The translations under genes were made by a program, and so were the position numbers. A DNA stretch of 64,000 nucleotides from Adineta vaga (taxonomy: Eukaryota > Animalia > Rotifera): assembly GCA_021613535.1 (NCBI GenBank), contig CP075495.1:15934001-15998000 (forward strand), given 5' to 3'. Shown here piece by piece: positions 1 through 13,606 of the stretch. A model generated the notes under the pieces. That model had not been told where the DNA came from and ran no database searches. It worked only from the letters and a program-made list of their open reading frames with translations. Within the stretch, counting starts at the first letter, position 1. Each line of letters starts with the position of its first letter.

Positions 1-912
1 CACTCAAGCTGCTCTACTGAGCAACGTGTCGTTAAACGTGAATCTTGTTTGATCAGCTGCTCTAAAAAGTCGATATCAACTTTAGACCTACGTTGATCTA
101 CGAGCTTATATTTTCTGTTGCGAAAGCGATCAAATCAATATCGCGCCGTACGGATAGCTATCACACTTGGTCTCATCGTACTGCATATATATTTCGTCGG
201 TTCAGTCACTGTGTGACTCAAACCAAATTCACGAAGTAAAAGCGCCAGAATCTCTCTACAAAATATGTTCATTTCTGCACGTTTGCGTGCATCCATATCG
301 ATCGATATACGTTCGTTCGGACGATAGTCACACCCTCTATCTATACCCTTAGTATCGAAACTACGAGAACTTTCTATAGTGCTGTACGATATTTTTCAAA
401 AAAGCGCAAAAACTTTCTTAACAACTTAATATATATATTCACCCACACCTATTGAGTACCCTGTGGATGCAGCAGGTATAGATGTGTATGAGTGAAAAGC
501 ATATTGTTTAGATGACGCAATCTGTGAAATGGCATCTCGGGATGAGCTTAGCAAACATGCGACAAGGAGAAAGTGCGGAATCCCATAGAATCTAATGAAA
601 CTCATCGGAATCTGAAGAAATCTTGAATTCAGGTTTCCAGGAGTCTACACTTTCTCCCATGGCATAAGGTGAACTTTGTATATAAAATAAAAATGAAGAA
701 AAATCTGCCATATCAATATCGTTTAACTCACATTCTATTATTTCTTTCTTGTCAGAGACACTGCAGAGTGATATAACAGAAGTTTCCTATCAGAAAAACT
801 TTCTCTATTTATTATAGAAACCACAAAAACACTGACCAGAACAGAGAGAATCAATCAGAACTGACGAGAGAATAACTAAACTCGATGACTGCGACACACA
901 TCATGTCCTCTG

Positions 913-1863
913 TTATTGATCCTCGTATTCTATGCCGCTCTTGTCACTAATCACATATATTTCTTTTGGATTTTTTCCTACCTGAAGTAACTTGACCCAA
1001 AATGCAAAACTGAATTGTAACTAATATAGTTTCATTGGTTGTTTCAATATCGAATGAGTAAGATGTTGAACCAAGTTTTGATTGTATTTCAGATTTGGTC
1101 TCTGGAACACATTTCTCAAGACATTGGTCTGTCAGGCATTTCGACCGAGGACATTTATTGATGTGAACATACATGCCCAAATTAGCGCCTTCGTTCGTGC
1201 CATTTCTAACTGCATCACAAGATATTTTCACACTGAAAGAATGCGTAGCATAAAAGAATTCGTAATAAATAGTGAAGATGCTGAAGTCACTAACCCTGTC
1301 TGTCTTTTCTTTTTCCTGTTGTTATTTGTAACGGCACTGTTAGCAAATATCGCCGATCGAACACTGAGGATATCTTGTGAATATCCTAAGCGTTGATTCA
1401 TCTATAAAATAAAGTAACTAACGATGCCTCTCATGTCCGCAAAAATACAAATTTACTTGTCGAGCTAGTGAATTGTAATTACTTATCGTACCTTGAGGAC
1501 TATTCGTCAAATCTGTGGCAAATACTAGATTGACAGCCCTTTGTGCTTAAAAAAAGATAATTGGAATTGAAAAATATTTTTATCGTAATCTGTCTACCTT
1601 CAGCGTAGTTTCCTACGGTTATATCGTCACCTTTTCGTGGCAAATATAGCGGCAACAAAGAAAGAACCACTACCACAACAATGGAAGCCAAGGTAATTAT
1701 GGCTAAACAGACGCTTCCCACAAGCAACCAAGTTGCTGATAGTCTAGAGAAAGATAGATATGAAACAATATAAATATTAAAGGTCAGCAATCGTTTGTTC
1801 CTACCCAGCTCTTGCCGCCATCCGGTCTACATTGCTACGATAACCATTTATAAAATTCCCCAT
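913..1863 (-). CDS. Spliced single-pass membrane protein (6 coding exons) with polybasic RKKKR site and Cys-rich C-terminal region; function unknown
   Basis: Joining minus-strand segments at GT..AG short introns gives one open frame: MGNFINGYRSNVDRMAARAG|LSATWLLVGSVCLAIITLASIVVVVVLSLLPLYLPRKG..YAE|AQRAVNLVFATD..LARQ|MNQRLG..NNRKKKRQTG|VKISCDAV..KCPRSKCLTDQCLEKC..TS|EYEDQ*. This merges ORF-track pieces 1500..1790 and 947..1231. Confidence 0.75.
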
Positions 1864-2927
1864 ATCTAAAATAAATGGCTAGTATTACAATTGTTTTTTC
1901 AAACTAACTACTATTCACGACAATCAAATTTCTATGAGAGATTAAATTCATCTCTCTTAATTTATCAATTAGCAAACACATACAAAACGAAGAATAGTTA
2001 ACGACTATACATCACAGAAAAAATGGGCATAGAGTGATAAATCTGAATAAGTGTTTTTGATCATTATCAATTCAATGATATACTTCTTTTTGAGTTTATT
2101 AGGATCACCAAACTTTTCACATATCCATCGAATTGATAAACCTTTCAGTGGATATTTCATACGCTGCACTCTGGTCAACCTTCTGAAGAATTTATCCATT
2201 TGAAGGCTATATGAAAAGGTAGATGATCTTGATAAACTAAAAAAGTATATCAATGGGTTGATAATGATCAAAAACGCTTATTCGAGGTTTATTATTCGAC
2301 GCTCATTTTTTCTATGAATTCACCGTCACTGTTGCATGCCTAGCAAAAGCTCCTTATACTTAGAGCATTCGAAAAGTACTGGCGAAAGTTCTGTAATTCC
2401 TTATAAAACCTGTGAGAGACTTGCTGTCATTACAGTCAGATAGAGAACATAATGCTCTATTTTCCTATGCTATTTGGTCATGCTTCAACTATTAGCATAA
2501 TAGTAAAGTTTCGATAGATTCTGTTTTTTTCGCATGTGTAACGACAATATTAGTACTCATTAAAGAAAAGGCGAATTATTATCTTTCGAATCCTTTCGAT
2601 AGAAACAACATAATGTACTGCCGGTTTCGCCATTAGAAAGAGAGGACGAAGACACATCGAACTGTATATTATAGAGATTTTTATTTTTATCTGATTTTTT
2701 TCGAGGTTTTCAATTGAACTTTTAAAGAGGAAACCTAGCTGGTAAGTTTTTTGCATTAAACTTTCAGTTACCAAGTATGGATTCAAACCATTAATCGAGG
2801 ATCTATAAACTTCAAAAAGCTGAGAATACTAATATTTATTCTAGTTCAATCTGTAGTGCAATTTTCTAGCAATTGTTTTGAAAAGGTAATTTTTCTTTTT
2901 TTTTTAATGAAAGAACATTTTTCGGCG

Positions 2928-3523
2928 AGGGTGTGGGTGTCAGTGAGGATGCTAGTTTTTGCGATAACTACACCCACCCGACCTCACCAATTATTCACCA
3001 ACGACACCCAACAACCTATCACCCATCTGCGATACCTACCTGCCTAACATCCATCACTGGAAAAACAAGCATCTCGAACCTTAATAGCGAGAGAAAACAG
3101 TATCTCAAATCTGATTGGTCGGAAAACTACTCATTTTTCAGATAACTCATTAGGAGCATTCACCTACTTATCACCCACCACTCATTACTTGAAAAACTAG
3201 CATCTTAAACCTCATTTACGCGAAAAAAACAGCATCTGAAATCTGATTGGTTGACAAAAAAATGCCTCATCTTCGAGGTGACTGATCTGACTAATGTCTC
3301 ATATATATAGTCAGTACCACTTACCTTTTGAAATTGTTAGCTGAAAAATGAACTTAAATGGCTGTTACATCTCCTTTTATACTCTATTAACGATGATAGT
3401 CGTTATTATTCAAAATCATCCAATCGATAAGTTAGGGAAAAGCGGTAATTGTGTCGCAACTGCGATCGCAAAAAGGCCAATACGCACAACTGCGACGCAG
3501 TCCTTAAAAAAGAGGCGACATGG
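2928..3523. repeat. Partial copy of the non-autonomous element at 12674-13606
   Basis: Shares TTTTTGCGATAACTACACCCA, AAATCTGATTGG, TTAAATGGCTGTTACATC and the terminal TCCTTAAAAAAGAGG.GACATGGG with 12955-13606. Confidence 0.75.
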
Positions 3524-4682
3524 GTTCTTAATTGCAGAAAAGCTAAGTAGAAACTGTACTCCTTATAGCGATGTATATTGTATAAGAATATCCATACATC
3601 TCATATGTATATTATAAAAAATGTTCCTTAATTTCAGTCATTGTTTATAGAAAAAGTATTATTTATTACATTTAAGTTTCAGAATATAACTAAGGAGGAA
3701 GTTTAGTATAGAAACGTTGCGAATGATATTACGAGACCGCTTAGAATTTTCAGTCATTTCTGAGAAATTTCAAGATGATGTAACTACATATATATTTCTA
3801 CTAATCCAGCTGTGAGTACACAGTACTACATTAGCATTGTTGTGCCTTGAACCGGAAGAAGGTTTTATTTTCAACGTTTAGAAGGAAATTATTTTCACTG
3901 AAGAGTCACATCGTTTGAAACTTTCTTAAAGCATTACATTTATCATTTATTGGGCCTAGGATAAACCCAAAAGCAAACATCTAGTCGTTCGTCAGCCACC
4001 CACGGCTAGACGTTGCTATATTTTCCTGTAATACACTTGAGGGTGTCGATTTGTCAAACTAAAAGAAGATCGGTGAACATTCAACCGAACGTTTTTCGGT
4101 TCAGTAAATCGCTACGAAACCTGAAAGGATCTTCCCCTGGATACAGGTTCGGTAAAACTTCTTTTTTTTAGAGTGTAGAAACTGAGAAAAAAGACATCTA
4201 TTTAATAAACTGTTGCAAATTACATCACATTAGTATTTTGATAGTCTTTGTGTGTTTTGAGTACTACTAAACAAACAATATCTACGGAAGAGAAACAACA
4301 GTATTTTCTTTCTGGTAGACAAAAGTCTATCAAATATGAACTGTGCTCTTACTCATACTCGATAACGTCCAATGAAATTTCTCTAGATAGTATGGTTGAT
4401 GTATTCATTCACAGTAAATTATTACTAATTTCCGAATAATAACCTCAATTTGATTTTTCAGCACTTGATCGCTATTGAAAAAACTGATTAAAAAGCAATG
4501 TTCATCTAAGAGCCCAGTCAACTCTTCTTCATAGAAACAGTCTTCACTACTACTACCATGCTTTTCATTTATAGAGTTAAACCAAGTTCACACCAGATTC
4601 GAGTTCCTCGACCTAGACTACTCTCCGGTCAAACCTTATAAAATATGATAGTTTTCCAGACAACTGGATTCTTTCTTGAGGG

Positions 4683-4706
4683 TGTGGGTGTGGGTGTGGG
4701 TGTGGG
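4683..4706 (+). repeat. (TGTGGG)4 interstitial telomere-like repeat
   Basis: Four perfect TGTGGG units. TGTGGG is the reported telomeric repeat of the bdelloid Adineta vaga. Confidence 0.75.
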
Positions 4707-5147
4707 TGTACTCTATCAATCAATGAAAGGCCTACGCCTCTATCGTGTACTGTTGCTGATATATAGGGGCCACGCTGAAGCTCCCGTTTTCGGTCAATAC
4801 ACGGGAGCGGAAGCAAAAATATACCGCGACAAAAGTAATTCATCACGCTGATTCAAATGGTGATATTCGTCTTTAATTTAAACTGATTTTGAACACGGAG
4901 TATATTCTCTTATCTCTGCATAGAAGGGGTGGGAGAGGATAATACTCCATTACAGATACTGTGAAGTCGTTAAAAATAAAGACGAATATCACCATTTGAA
5001 TCAGCGTGATGAATTACTTTTGTCGCGGTATATTTTTGCTTCCGCTCCCGTGTATTGGCCGAAAACGGGAGCCTCAGCGTGGCCCCTATATCTCAGCAAC
5101 GGTACACGATAGAGGCGTAAGCCTTTCATAGATTGATAAAGTACACC
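4705..5147. mobile_element. Foldback MITE with about 177-bp inverted arms
   Basis: 4705-4881 is the near-perfect reverse complement of 4970-5147. This explains the mirrored ORFs 4645+ and 5001-. Confidence 0.85.
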
Positions 5148-6271
5148 TAGCCTTATCCAGTACACAAATAAAAGCGTAAAAGACAATAGAAACTTATTGT
5201 CCGAAACTATCTTCCTATTATTGCTATCAAAAAGCAACCTGATTAGTCAGCTACTGGACCAATAGAAACCGAAGTCTATCGGTGAAAATCGCAGGTCGAT
5301 AGTTCTTTCCGATCGTGTGTTATTGTAAAAATACTTACGACCACCGTTTTTTGGACAGACGGTAGTATTGTCTACTTTTTGAGAAAATATCAGTCAAATC
5401 CACGATGGTCGTTTAACAACGTTAGGATAAATTAGGCGTGGCTAACATACAATGTCTCATAATCATATGGAATATCAAAAATTGTCATACACTCCTTCAA
5501 GATTATCGAAAAAAAATTTAACTTCGAATTCCGACCTGAAAATCTGCCTGCAACAATATGGGTGAATCCATGAGGACCCAGCCACTTTTTGGAAAGGTCT
5601 TTTTTTTCGATTTTTTTTTTGTTCAAAAGGTTGATCTCGACTAGAAAACAGTTTTAGTTAAAAAAAATTAAGTACTCTTACCCAAAAACTCCGAGTTTTT
5701 GAGCATTTTCTCGGAACACCTATGGTGTATTTTTATATATAGAAAAATGTCGAGAAAAAGCGTGGAACTTCTTTAAAAGTATTCTTTTTGGAATTTTTTG
5801 GTTTTCAGAAATGTAAACAAAGTCTAGAAACATGTTTCCTGAGGAACATCAGACCAGTTCTATTGAAGGTTTCGGAGGCTCAGTCATTTTCTCTGAACAT
5901 ATCAATAGATATATTTCGTCAACCTAGATTGTATTCAATTAAATTGAATAATTTTTATTTTCTTTTACTCGTGGAATACAACAACTTCCATGACACTATC
6001 CTAACAGAACGAAATCATACTAACGACTCTGCCCTGATAACTGAAAAGATTTGCTGTTATACTGTCTTTCACAAATGAGACCATGGAATCGAAAGAGACA
6101 TTACTATCGAAATGATAGATTTTCCATTTCTCTTTAAGGACATCTTTAGATATAGAGTCTTATTCATAAATGTTGTGACTTCACACGAATAAGATTACGA
6201 GATGAATCATTGGATATTAGAAAATATCGACTGTCCATCAGTGCTTCTTTATTTTTTCAAAATCTATTCTA

Positions 6272-9030
6272 ATGCCGCGACGAAAAAATTGTGAACATCC
6301 GGTAAAGCATGATAAATCTGTATGTGTACCAAAAGGAGTAAAGGCTGTGTCATCCGAATTATCGAAGTTTTTGATCAGTCAGTATGACGTAGCTTACACC
6401 CGAATTAGCTGGTTATGTCCAAGATGTTATATATTTGAATCGAAGAAAATGATGACTCATCAATCAAAGCAGGAGAACAACAATGAAAGTTCTAGTGATG
6501 ATGAATCAATGACACAAGGTTCCCCTGTTAATGATGACAAAAATGATGATGATTGTGTCGATGTGGAATTCAATGATCTAAGTGAAGAAGAGAAAGAGAA
6601 TCCTCATATGGATAGTGTAACGACAAACTGGTTGAGTAGTTAACCGCCTCTCACGGTATGATGTTTATTGACTACTCTACATGACCAGAATGTCCCGATT
6701 TCACAATAAGACACACGTTTATATAGAGAAGAGGAAAGAGAGAGATGACCCGGAGACAATATGATATAGAGGTGAGAGAATAGAGAACAGAAAGAGATGA
6801 ACGATATCATTATCGTTACAGATAGTGGTATCTTAGCTGAGTCAAATGACGATGATGAATCGCCACCTGTCGATGAAACAACTGACCATGAATCGATGGA
6901 AGAAGAGACAGATCATGATTTCTATGAAATCGAACACAAAAAAGACAAATCAATGAAAGAATTATCAAAGATATTCGATCTATTGAACATAGAACCGATT
7001 CATGACAGGTTAGTTTGTTAATTTAATTCGAATTTTTTAAAACGAAATTTGTATTTAGATCAGCAGTATTGCCCATTCGAGACAAAGTCGATGAGGTGTA
7101 TAGAAAACTCAATCGTTTATGCGACATACTAGACGGCAAGTCTCAAGTCTCGCACGATCCAAATCCTCACGGACTAACGATATGTGAATCAAATGAAGTT
7201 TTGGATGGTTTGAAGAAGTTATACGGTGACAGTGATGCTAATGAACAAGTTCGCTTGATGACAATTGCTCCCAAAGAGTGGGGTCGACAAAAAATCGAAA
7301 AATGGTGCGTATTTTATTCTCATGTCGTTCAATATCTTCGCATTTTTTCAAAAAATGTTACCAAAAATTTCTTTCACTTATCAGGTTTGCATCAAAGCCA
7401 AATCAAGCTCGACGATCGCTTGTTCTTCGAAAAACGATGGAATTTTAGCTTATCCACAATGTCTGCGAGGAAGTAATCGTCCTTTATCTAACTCAACAAT
7501 TGATCTTGTGATCAAGTTCTATTGTGAAGATGGTATTAGTCGAGTCTCATCCAATTCCAAAGACACGATCAAAATCAACGGACAATCAGTAGCAGTTCGG
7601 TTTCTAGAAATGACTGTCTTGGATGCCTACCAAACATTCAACGAACGTCATCCTGATACGGTTTCAAGATCAACTTTCAATGCTCTTCGTCCACGAGAAG
7701 TGAAGACTGCAACACCACATGACACATGCATGTGTATTATCCACGAAATATATGGATCTGTTATTGAAGGTTTATGCTAGCCGTATATTGATTCGAATGT
7801 AACTTAACTTCATTATAGGCTTGGAACAATTACTACCGAAAATGTGCCGATGTAGGTTCTTTCTCAGCTAGTAATAAGATCAATATGAAGGATCTGATTA
7901 CTCAAATGGTTTGCACTATTTCGAATGAAAAGTGCTTTAATGGTGAATGTGATGCTTGTCCAGAAGAAAACATCAGAGATATTCTCACTGATAACTTTAT
8001 GTTGGATTTGGAGGACGAATGTTCATGGTCTTTATGGAAGAAAGTCAATAATAAATTCGATCTTCAGCAAATGTCTGGCTCGGTTGACTCTCTATTGACG
8101 GAAATTGAAGCAAGATGGTCTCCATTCTTGCTTCACACGCACATTAATCGTGAACAACGTGAATATATCAAAGACTTACGCTGTCAATCAACGGAAAAAA
8201 CTTTTGCTGTGGCTCAGATAGATTTTTCAATGAATTACACACTCATACGTCAGCGTGAAGTTCAGCAAGGCTTTTTTAGTTATCATCAAGCCACCTTATT
8301 TACAATCCATCTGACCATTGGGAAAGAACAGCGAAATTTGACGATCATTAGCAATTATATGGAGCATACAACATCATTCGTGCATTGTGCACAGAAAATT
8401 CTCACCGCATTTATCAAGAAAAACTTTCCATTGGTAAAAAAGGTCAATTATGTGAGGTAAATCTTTTTTTAAATAGTTTATGTACTACGTCAACCCTCAT
8501 CGTTCATTTAGTGATGGCGCATGTGCACATTTCAAGAACAATACCAGCATTTTAAACCTAATTCATCATAAGATGGACTTCGATTTGGATGCTTGTTGGA
8601 CGTTCACAGCTACAGGTCATGGTAAAGGTGCTGGCGACGGTATAGACGCCGTACTGAAGTCAGTCGCCAGACGTGCTACATTTTCAAAAAACATTCTCAT
8701 GTCAAATGCAAAAGACTTCTACGAATTCTCACAAAAACAACAACTTGAAACAGCAAGAAGATCTAACAAAGATATTCCTGATGTTCATATCTTCTTTCTT
8801 GAATCGAATGAAGTAGAAGAAGCGGAGAACACTTTTCTGAAAGCTAGAAGCGAAAAACTTCGAACAACAGGTCAGAAAAGCTTTTGCTTTTGTCCCCTTA
8901 TGTCTGTATTAATTTAGGTACAATACAAGGAATTCGATCAATGCATGAATTCAAACCGATTAGCAACTCAATGGTTCAATGTAGTTCGACATCTCGTTCA
9001 ACAAATACCAGGACATTTACATTTAAATAA
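6272..9030 (+). pseudogene. Intron-containing DDD transposase (Sola2-like), disrupted
   Basis: Motifs CMCxxHE, QIDFSMNY..QREVQQGFF, SDGACAHFKN and WTFTATGHGKGAGDGI. Interrupted by a solo LTR at 6616-6820 and a frameshift near 7432. Superfamily call rests on recalled motifs plus termini and TSD. Confidence 0.7.
6616..6820. mobile_element. Solo LTR (205 bp)
   Basis: TGTAACGA...TCGTTACA termini with 5-bp TSD GATAG (6611-6615, 6821-6825). Removing it restores the frame M-D-S-G-I-L-A-E. Confidence 0.85.
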
Positions 9031-10463
9031 AAATCCTTTTTCTATCTTTTCTAGTCGATCAGATTTTTTAAAATTAGACTTGACGATGATACTCAATATT
9101 CAGATAGATTGAACAGCTCTCTTCATTACCACCTTATATTAGATTTCTGTACTCTTGTGTTCCTCAGGAAACATGTTTCTAGACTTTGTTTACATTTCTG
9201 AAAAACAAAAAATTCCAAAAAGCATACTTTTAAAGAAGTTCCACGCTTTTTCTCGACATTTTTCTATATATAAAAATACACCATAGGTGTTCCGAGAAAA
9301 TGCTCAAAAACTCGGAGTTTTTGGGTAAGAGTACTTAATTTTTTTTAACTAAAACTGTTTTCTAGTCGAGATCAACCTTTTGAACAAAAAAAAAAACGAA
9401 AAAAACGACCTTTCCAAAAAAGTGGATGGGTCCTCATGGATTCACCCATATAGTATTGTCAATACTAGAGAATTAAAGTTTCAGATCCTACAATACCCCT
9501 AAAATGGAAATCCAAAATAGAAACTATTTAGAGGTAACATGGATTTCGATCGAGAAAATATTTTGTCCTAAACTTTTGTCCCGATCTGAACTTCCGGTGA
9601 TTTTTAGATCCAAACCTTATTTATTTAAAATTAATTGATCATTATTATCGACTTCGTAATGCTAAGTGGTATAAATTTTCACAATTTCACTCTGTTATGC
9701 AGTATGAATATAAAAAAGAATCACTTGATAGTGCGATGTCATGGTGTGAAGCAAGATGGGGCTCCTCTATATTCCTACTGCTCAGCATTATCAAGTTACT
9801 AATTAATGATCAATTAATTTAATATAAATACGATTTGGACCAAAAAGTCACGAAAACTGCGATCCAGGATGAAAAGGTGCTGGGCCAAATTTCTGCTTTC
9901 GCGTATTTAGCGGGATTTATTTGAATAAAGAGACTAAAAGATGCGCCCGCCACAGTTACTTATAGGTGTGTTATATTAGGCTAAAAAAGCGCGGGTCTTT
10001 AAGGCCGTAAATCGACCCACGTACATTTTGGTCACAGAAACATTTAGAAACTATATAGATCGATAGATTTTGATTATAAGAGTAGTCGACAATGATTTGC
10101 GTTGTTTCCGACTTACATTCTGGGCAGCAACTATTAGTCTATATGCTATAACGTTTTGGTGCAATTTTCATGATTTTCCTTATTCAATACTCGACTCATG
10201 CACGCATATCTCAGAGAAATATTAATTGAGATTCTTGATATTCTGGAGTAGTATAACTGAGTAACAGAGTTAGTTTATCGGATTATCATCTTTCTATGAT
10301 CTCACATGATGCTTGGTAGCTTATTCTTTCTATATTACTTTGAGAAACACAGAAAACCTGCCTCTGAATTTTTTTATCACAATTACATTTCATATAGATC
10401 TTTCAGCTTTGTAAAGCGTGCCATAGTGTACGAGGTTGGCCACCTGAGATATAATTCACTGTA

Positions 10464-11694
10464 TGTGACGATTTTTGATGGAAGAGATGTATGCGCTGAT
10501 GGAACTACGCGTTTATTTATTTCTTCCTCTAAAATCGCATCGTTCTGATACAAAACACGCGTTTATATACTCGTCCCTACAGAAGAGAACGCAAGAAAAT
10601 ATTCTATCAAAGTACATCAGAATGTACAGAAATAAGGATAATCCATTAGATGAGAAAAACCGTATCACGCGTACAGCGCATGTCAGAGAGATTGTCACAC
10701 TCCCAGACCAAAATTGGACGCTCTCCCGAGCGTCCGTAACATCAAACGAGAAGGAGAAAAAAAAAACCCAAAAAAGAGACAGAACAGAGATAAACGATGT
10801 ATCAGTACAGAACGACATTATGAAGTGTACGATAGGGTAAAGGAAAAGGATAAGAAGGGAAGAGAAAAAAATGCATATTCCAGAACAACTGTCAAACATA
10901 AGTGAAGCCATAATGCTTTTGAAACAAAACACCAAACCGGAGAAGGGGAACACTTCCACTGTAGCTACTCAAATGAATCTGCATACACTCAGCCCATTGA
11001 GGAGATGAGAAGTTCCAAGAAGAACATAGCAACACCAGTGAATTTGAAAGTTGAAGTCAGTTGTAAATTCTGAGTTGATGATGTTGAATTAATTATAAGA
11101 GATCGATGAAGACATTGATCGAAATGCCAAGCAACAGGGTAAGTTGAGACCCAACAGCGTATGAATTGTTCGTACAGATGTTAGAAGGTAAGTGCGTTGG
11201 TTGGACGCACCATCGGCCCAGGTCTAGCCGCCCTTGAGTACGTACGCTGACAATCTACAATACTACTGCCACCTATCAGCAGTACTGCTGTCCCTCCATC
11301 ACCACAAATTGTCCGACAACCCGAACATAATCCATATCATTGTCTCGTTGTATTGTTGTTGAGACCAAATGGCGATGTGAAGGAGAAAATAGGGGTTAGG
11401 GTGATGATGTTTGACTTCAAATTCAGAAGAAGAAGATCGAATCGACAGGGTCGCCAAATGTGACGATTTTTGATGGAAGAGATGTATGCGCTGATGGAAC
11501 TACGCGTTTATTTATTTCTTCCTCTAAAATCGCATCGTTCTGATACAAAACACGCGTTTATATACTCGTCTCTACAGAAGAGAACGCAAGAAAATATTCT
11601 ATCAAAGTACATCAGAATGTACAGAAATAAGGATAATCCATTAGATGAGAAAAACCGTATCACGCGTACAGCGCATGTCAGAGAGATTGTCACA
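10464..11694 (-). mobile_element. Small non-autonomous LTR retroelement (TRIM-like), 1231 bp
   Basis: 236-bp LTRs at 10464-10699 and 11459-11694 (TGTGAC..GTCACA, one mismatch seen). TSD CTGTA at 10459-10463 and 11695-11699. PBS-like TGGCGACCCTG lies next to the right LTR on the minus strand. No gag/pol motifs seen. Confidence 0.88.
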
Positions 11695-11711
11695 CTGTAC
11701 TGCTTTTTTTA

Positions 11712-12068
11712 CCATGTTTCCTACATTTTAAAGTTTCGACAGATTTCAGCCTAATTTGTCGGACAAATCGCATATATGAAATTAACGAGAAAACTGAGTC
11801 AACCTAATTATATTTCAAGTAAAATCATCAACACTTGTTTTCCACCATTCAATTCGAGTTTTATTCTAAATAAATTTTTGGATGAATGCTAAGGGAGACC
11901 GGATAGCTATTTTTCTGCGAAAAGCAAATGTCGGTTGTTTTACTTGAAACATGATCAGGTCAGCTCAGTTTTTTACGCTGATTTCATATGCTCTGTTAAT
12001 TTGGGGAACTTGTACGACAAAGTAGGTCGAAATCTGTCAAACCTTTTTTAAAATGTAGGAAATATGGT
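11712..12068. mobile_element. MITE with about 35-bp TIRs flanked by TA
   Basis: CCATGTTTCCTACATTTTAAAG..GACAGATTTC pairs with GAAATCTGTC..TAAAATGTAGGAAATATGG. Confidence 0.6.
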
Positions 12069-12149
12069 ATAATAAATGCGGAAACTTCGGATTTTATCCG
12101 AAACCAGATATAGGAATATATCAGTATTTTTTTCAATAACTCAGCAATG

Positions 12150-12318
12150 GCTTGTCCAATCAGCCTCATTTTCGCTCCCGAGCGAGATATTGATGAGATA
12201 ATTCTGTGTGCAAAATTTCAGCTCAATCGGATGTAGCTGTGAGAGTTATCATGTAAACGGACGGCAAGACACACTGACCGATTCTAGCAGTGTACTCACT
12301 TTGTGAGTACACAAAAAC
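12150..12318 (+). mobile_element. HINE/DINE-like (Helentron-associated) 3' end
   Basis: AGTTATC..TAAACGGACGG..GACACACTGA.CGA.TCTAG followed by the perfect hairpin GTGTACTCAC-TTT-GTGAGTACAC (12290-12312). A related copy lies at 60649-60716. Confidence 0.5.
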
Positions 12319-12673
12319 AGTACGATCAACTATTTTTCAAGTGCTCAACCCTATAGACCATGACATGCTTCATAAAGTTTGAAGATCTATATGAGATGTA
12401 GATCCAGTAAATAATTCAGAAATAGATATTTTGATTTTCTCGAGATATTGTGCAAATACTAGGTTATCAATCATCATATGAGGGTATAAAGAGGTGATAA
12501 TTCGAGAAACTACTTCTGTTACTCACTTACATTACTTTAGAATTAAAAGATCTTGATTATTTTGTACAGTGGCGTTAGTCTTTGAATTTTCTGTGAGAGT
12601 GGAAGTGATATTTCTTCAAGATATGCATGTATAAACCGAATATTGAGTACGGAAAACCATGAAAATTGCACTA

Positions 12674-13606
12674 CCCATGTTTTCGATTGCGCCGCAATTG
12701 CGAAAAATAATCGCAGTTACGCGCAGTTGCGGTAAAGAAATCACAGTTGCGCCGCAATTGCGACGCAATGACCGCATTGTTCTGAATTCATATTTCGACA
12801 CTATTCTGGTTACTATTACGTTAATAATTGTTGATAAAGGTACCCAACTCAGTAGCAACTATAATATAGTACCTCATACTTATTAAACATGTAGAAAAGC
12901 ACACGAAATGCGCAATAAAAATACGTTTTATCAGCAAAATAATATATAAAAGATTGTGAGTGTCGGTGAGGGTGCTGTTTTTTGCGATAACTACACCCAT
13001 TCTACCTTAACAATCACTCACCGACGACACTCACCTATGACTCGCCGGCACTACTTATCTGCCTAACACTCATCACTGGAAAAAACAGCATCTCAAATCT
13101 GATTGGTCGAAAAAATGACTCACTTTCCATATAATTTATCAGAGACATCCACTTGCTTATCGCCCATCACTCATTATATGAAAAACTAGCATCTTAAACC
13201 TCATTTACGCGAAAAAAACATCATCGCAAATCTGATTGACCGACAAAAAATGACTCTCCTCGAGATGACTCATCGTACAGGTGACTCATATATATGTTTA
13301 GTATCACTTACCTTTCGAAATTGGAAGTTGAAATATTAAGTGATGTAGTAGTTAGAAATTGCAAAAATGAGCTTAAATGGCTGTTACATCTTCTTGTATA
13401 CTCTATTAACGATGATAATCGTTATGATTTAAAATCATCCAATAGATAAGCTAGGGGATTGCGGTAACTGCGGCGCAACTGCGATCGCAAATGTGTCACA
13501 GTAAGCGCAGTATTGTTCATGTAACTGACTGCGATAACTGCGGCACAGATGCGATCGAAAATGCGTTGCAGTTGCGACGCAATCCTTAAAAAAGAGGTGA
13601 CATGGG
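12674..13606. mobile_element. Non-autonomous DNA element with CCCATGT..ACATGGG ends and TA TSD
   Basis: TA-CCCATGT at 12672 and ACATGGG-TA at 13600. Subterminal GCGCCGCAATTGCG-type repeats. Second partial copy at 2928-3523. Confidence 0.75.

Larger units (their letters stand above)
5560..9447 (+). mobile_element. Sola-type (probably Sola2) DNA transposon with about 290-bp TIRs and ATAT TSD
   Basis: TIRs 5560-5848 and 9159-9447 (GGGTGAATCCATGAGGACCC...), GGG/CCC termini, ATAT at 5556-5559 and 9448-9451, internal transposase. Confidence 0.8.

Noticed and set aside
4683-4706. True chromosome end
   Set aside because: Only four repeat units, with ordinary sequence on both sides.
4645-5237. Near-identical ORFs 4645+ and 5001- as duplicated genes
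   Set aside because: They are the two arms of a foldback element.
10475-11754. Repeated ORFs MMEEMYALMELR.. as genes
   Set aside because: They are chance frames across the two LTRs.
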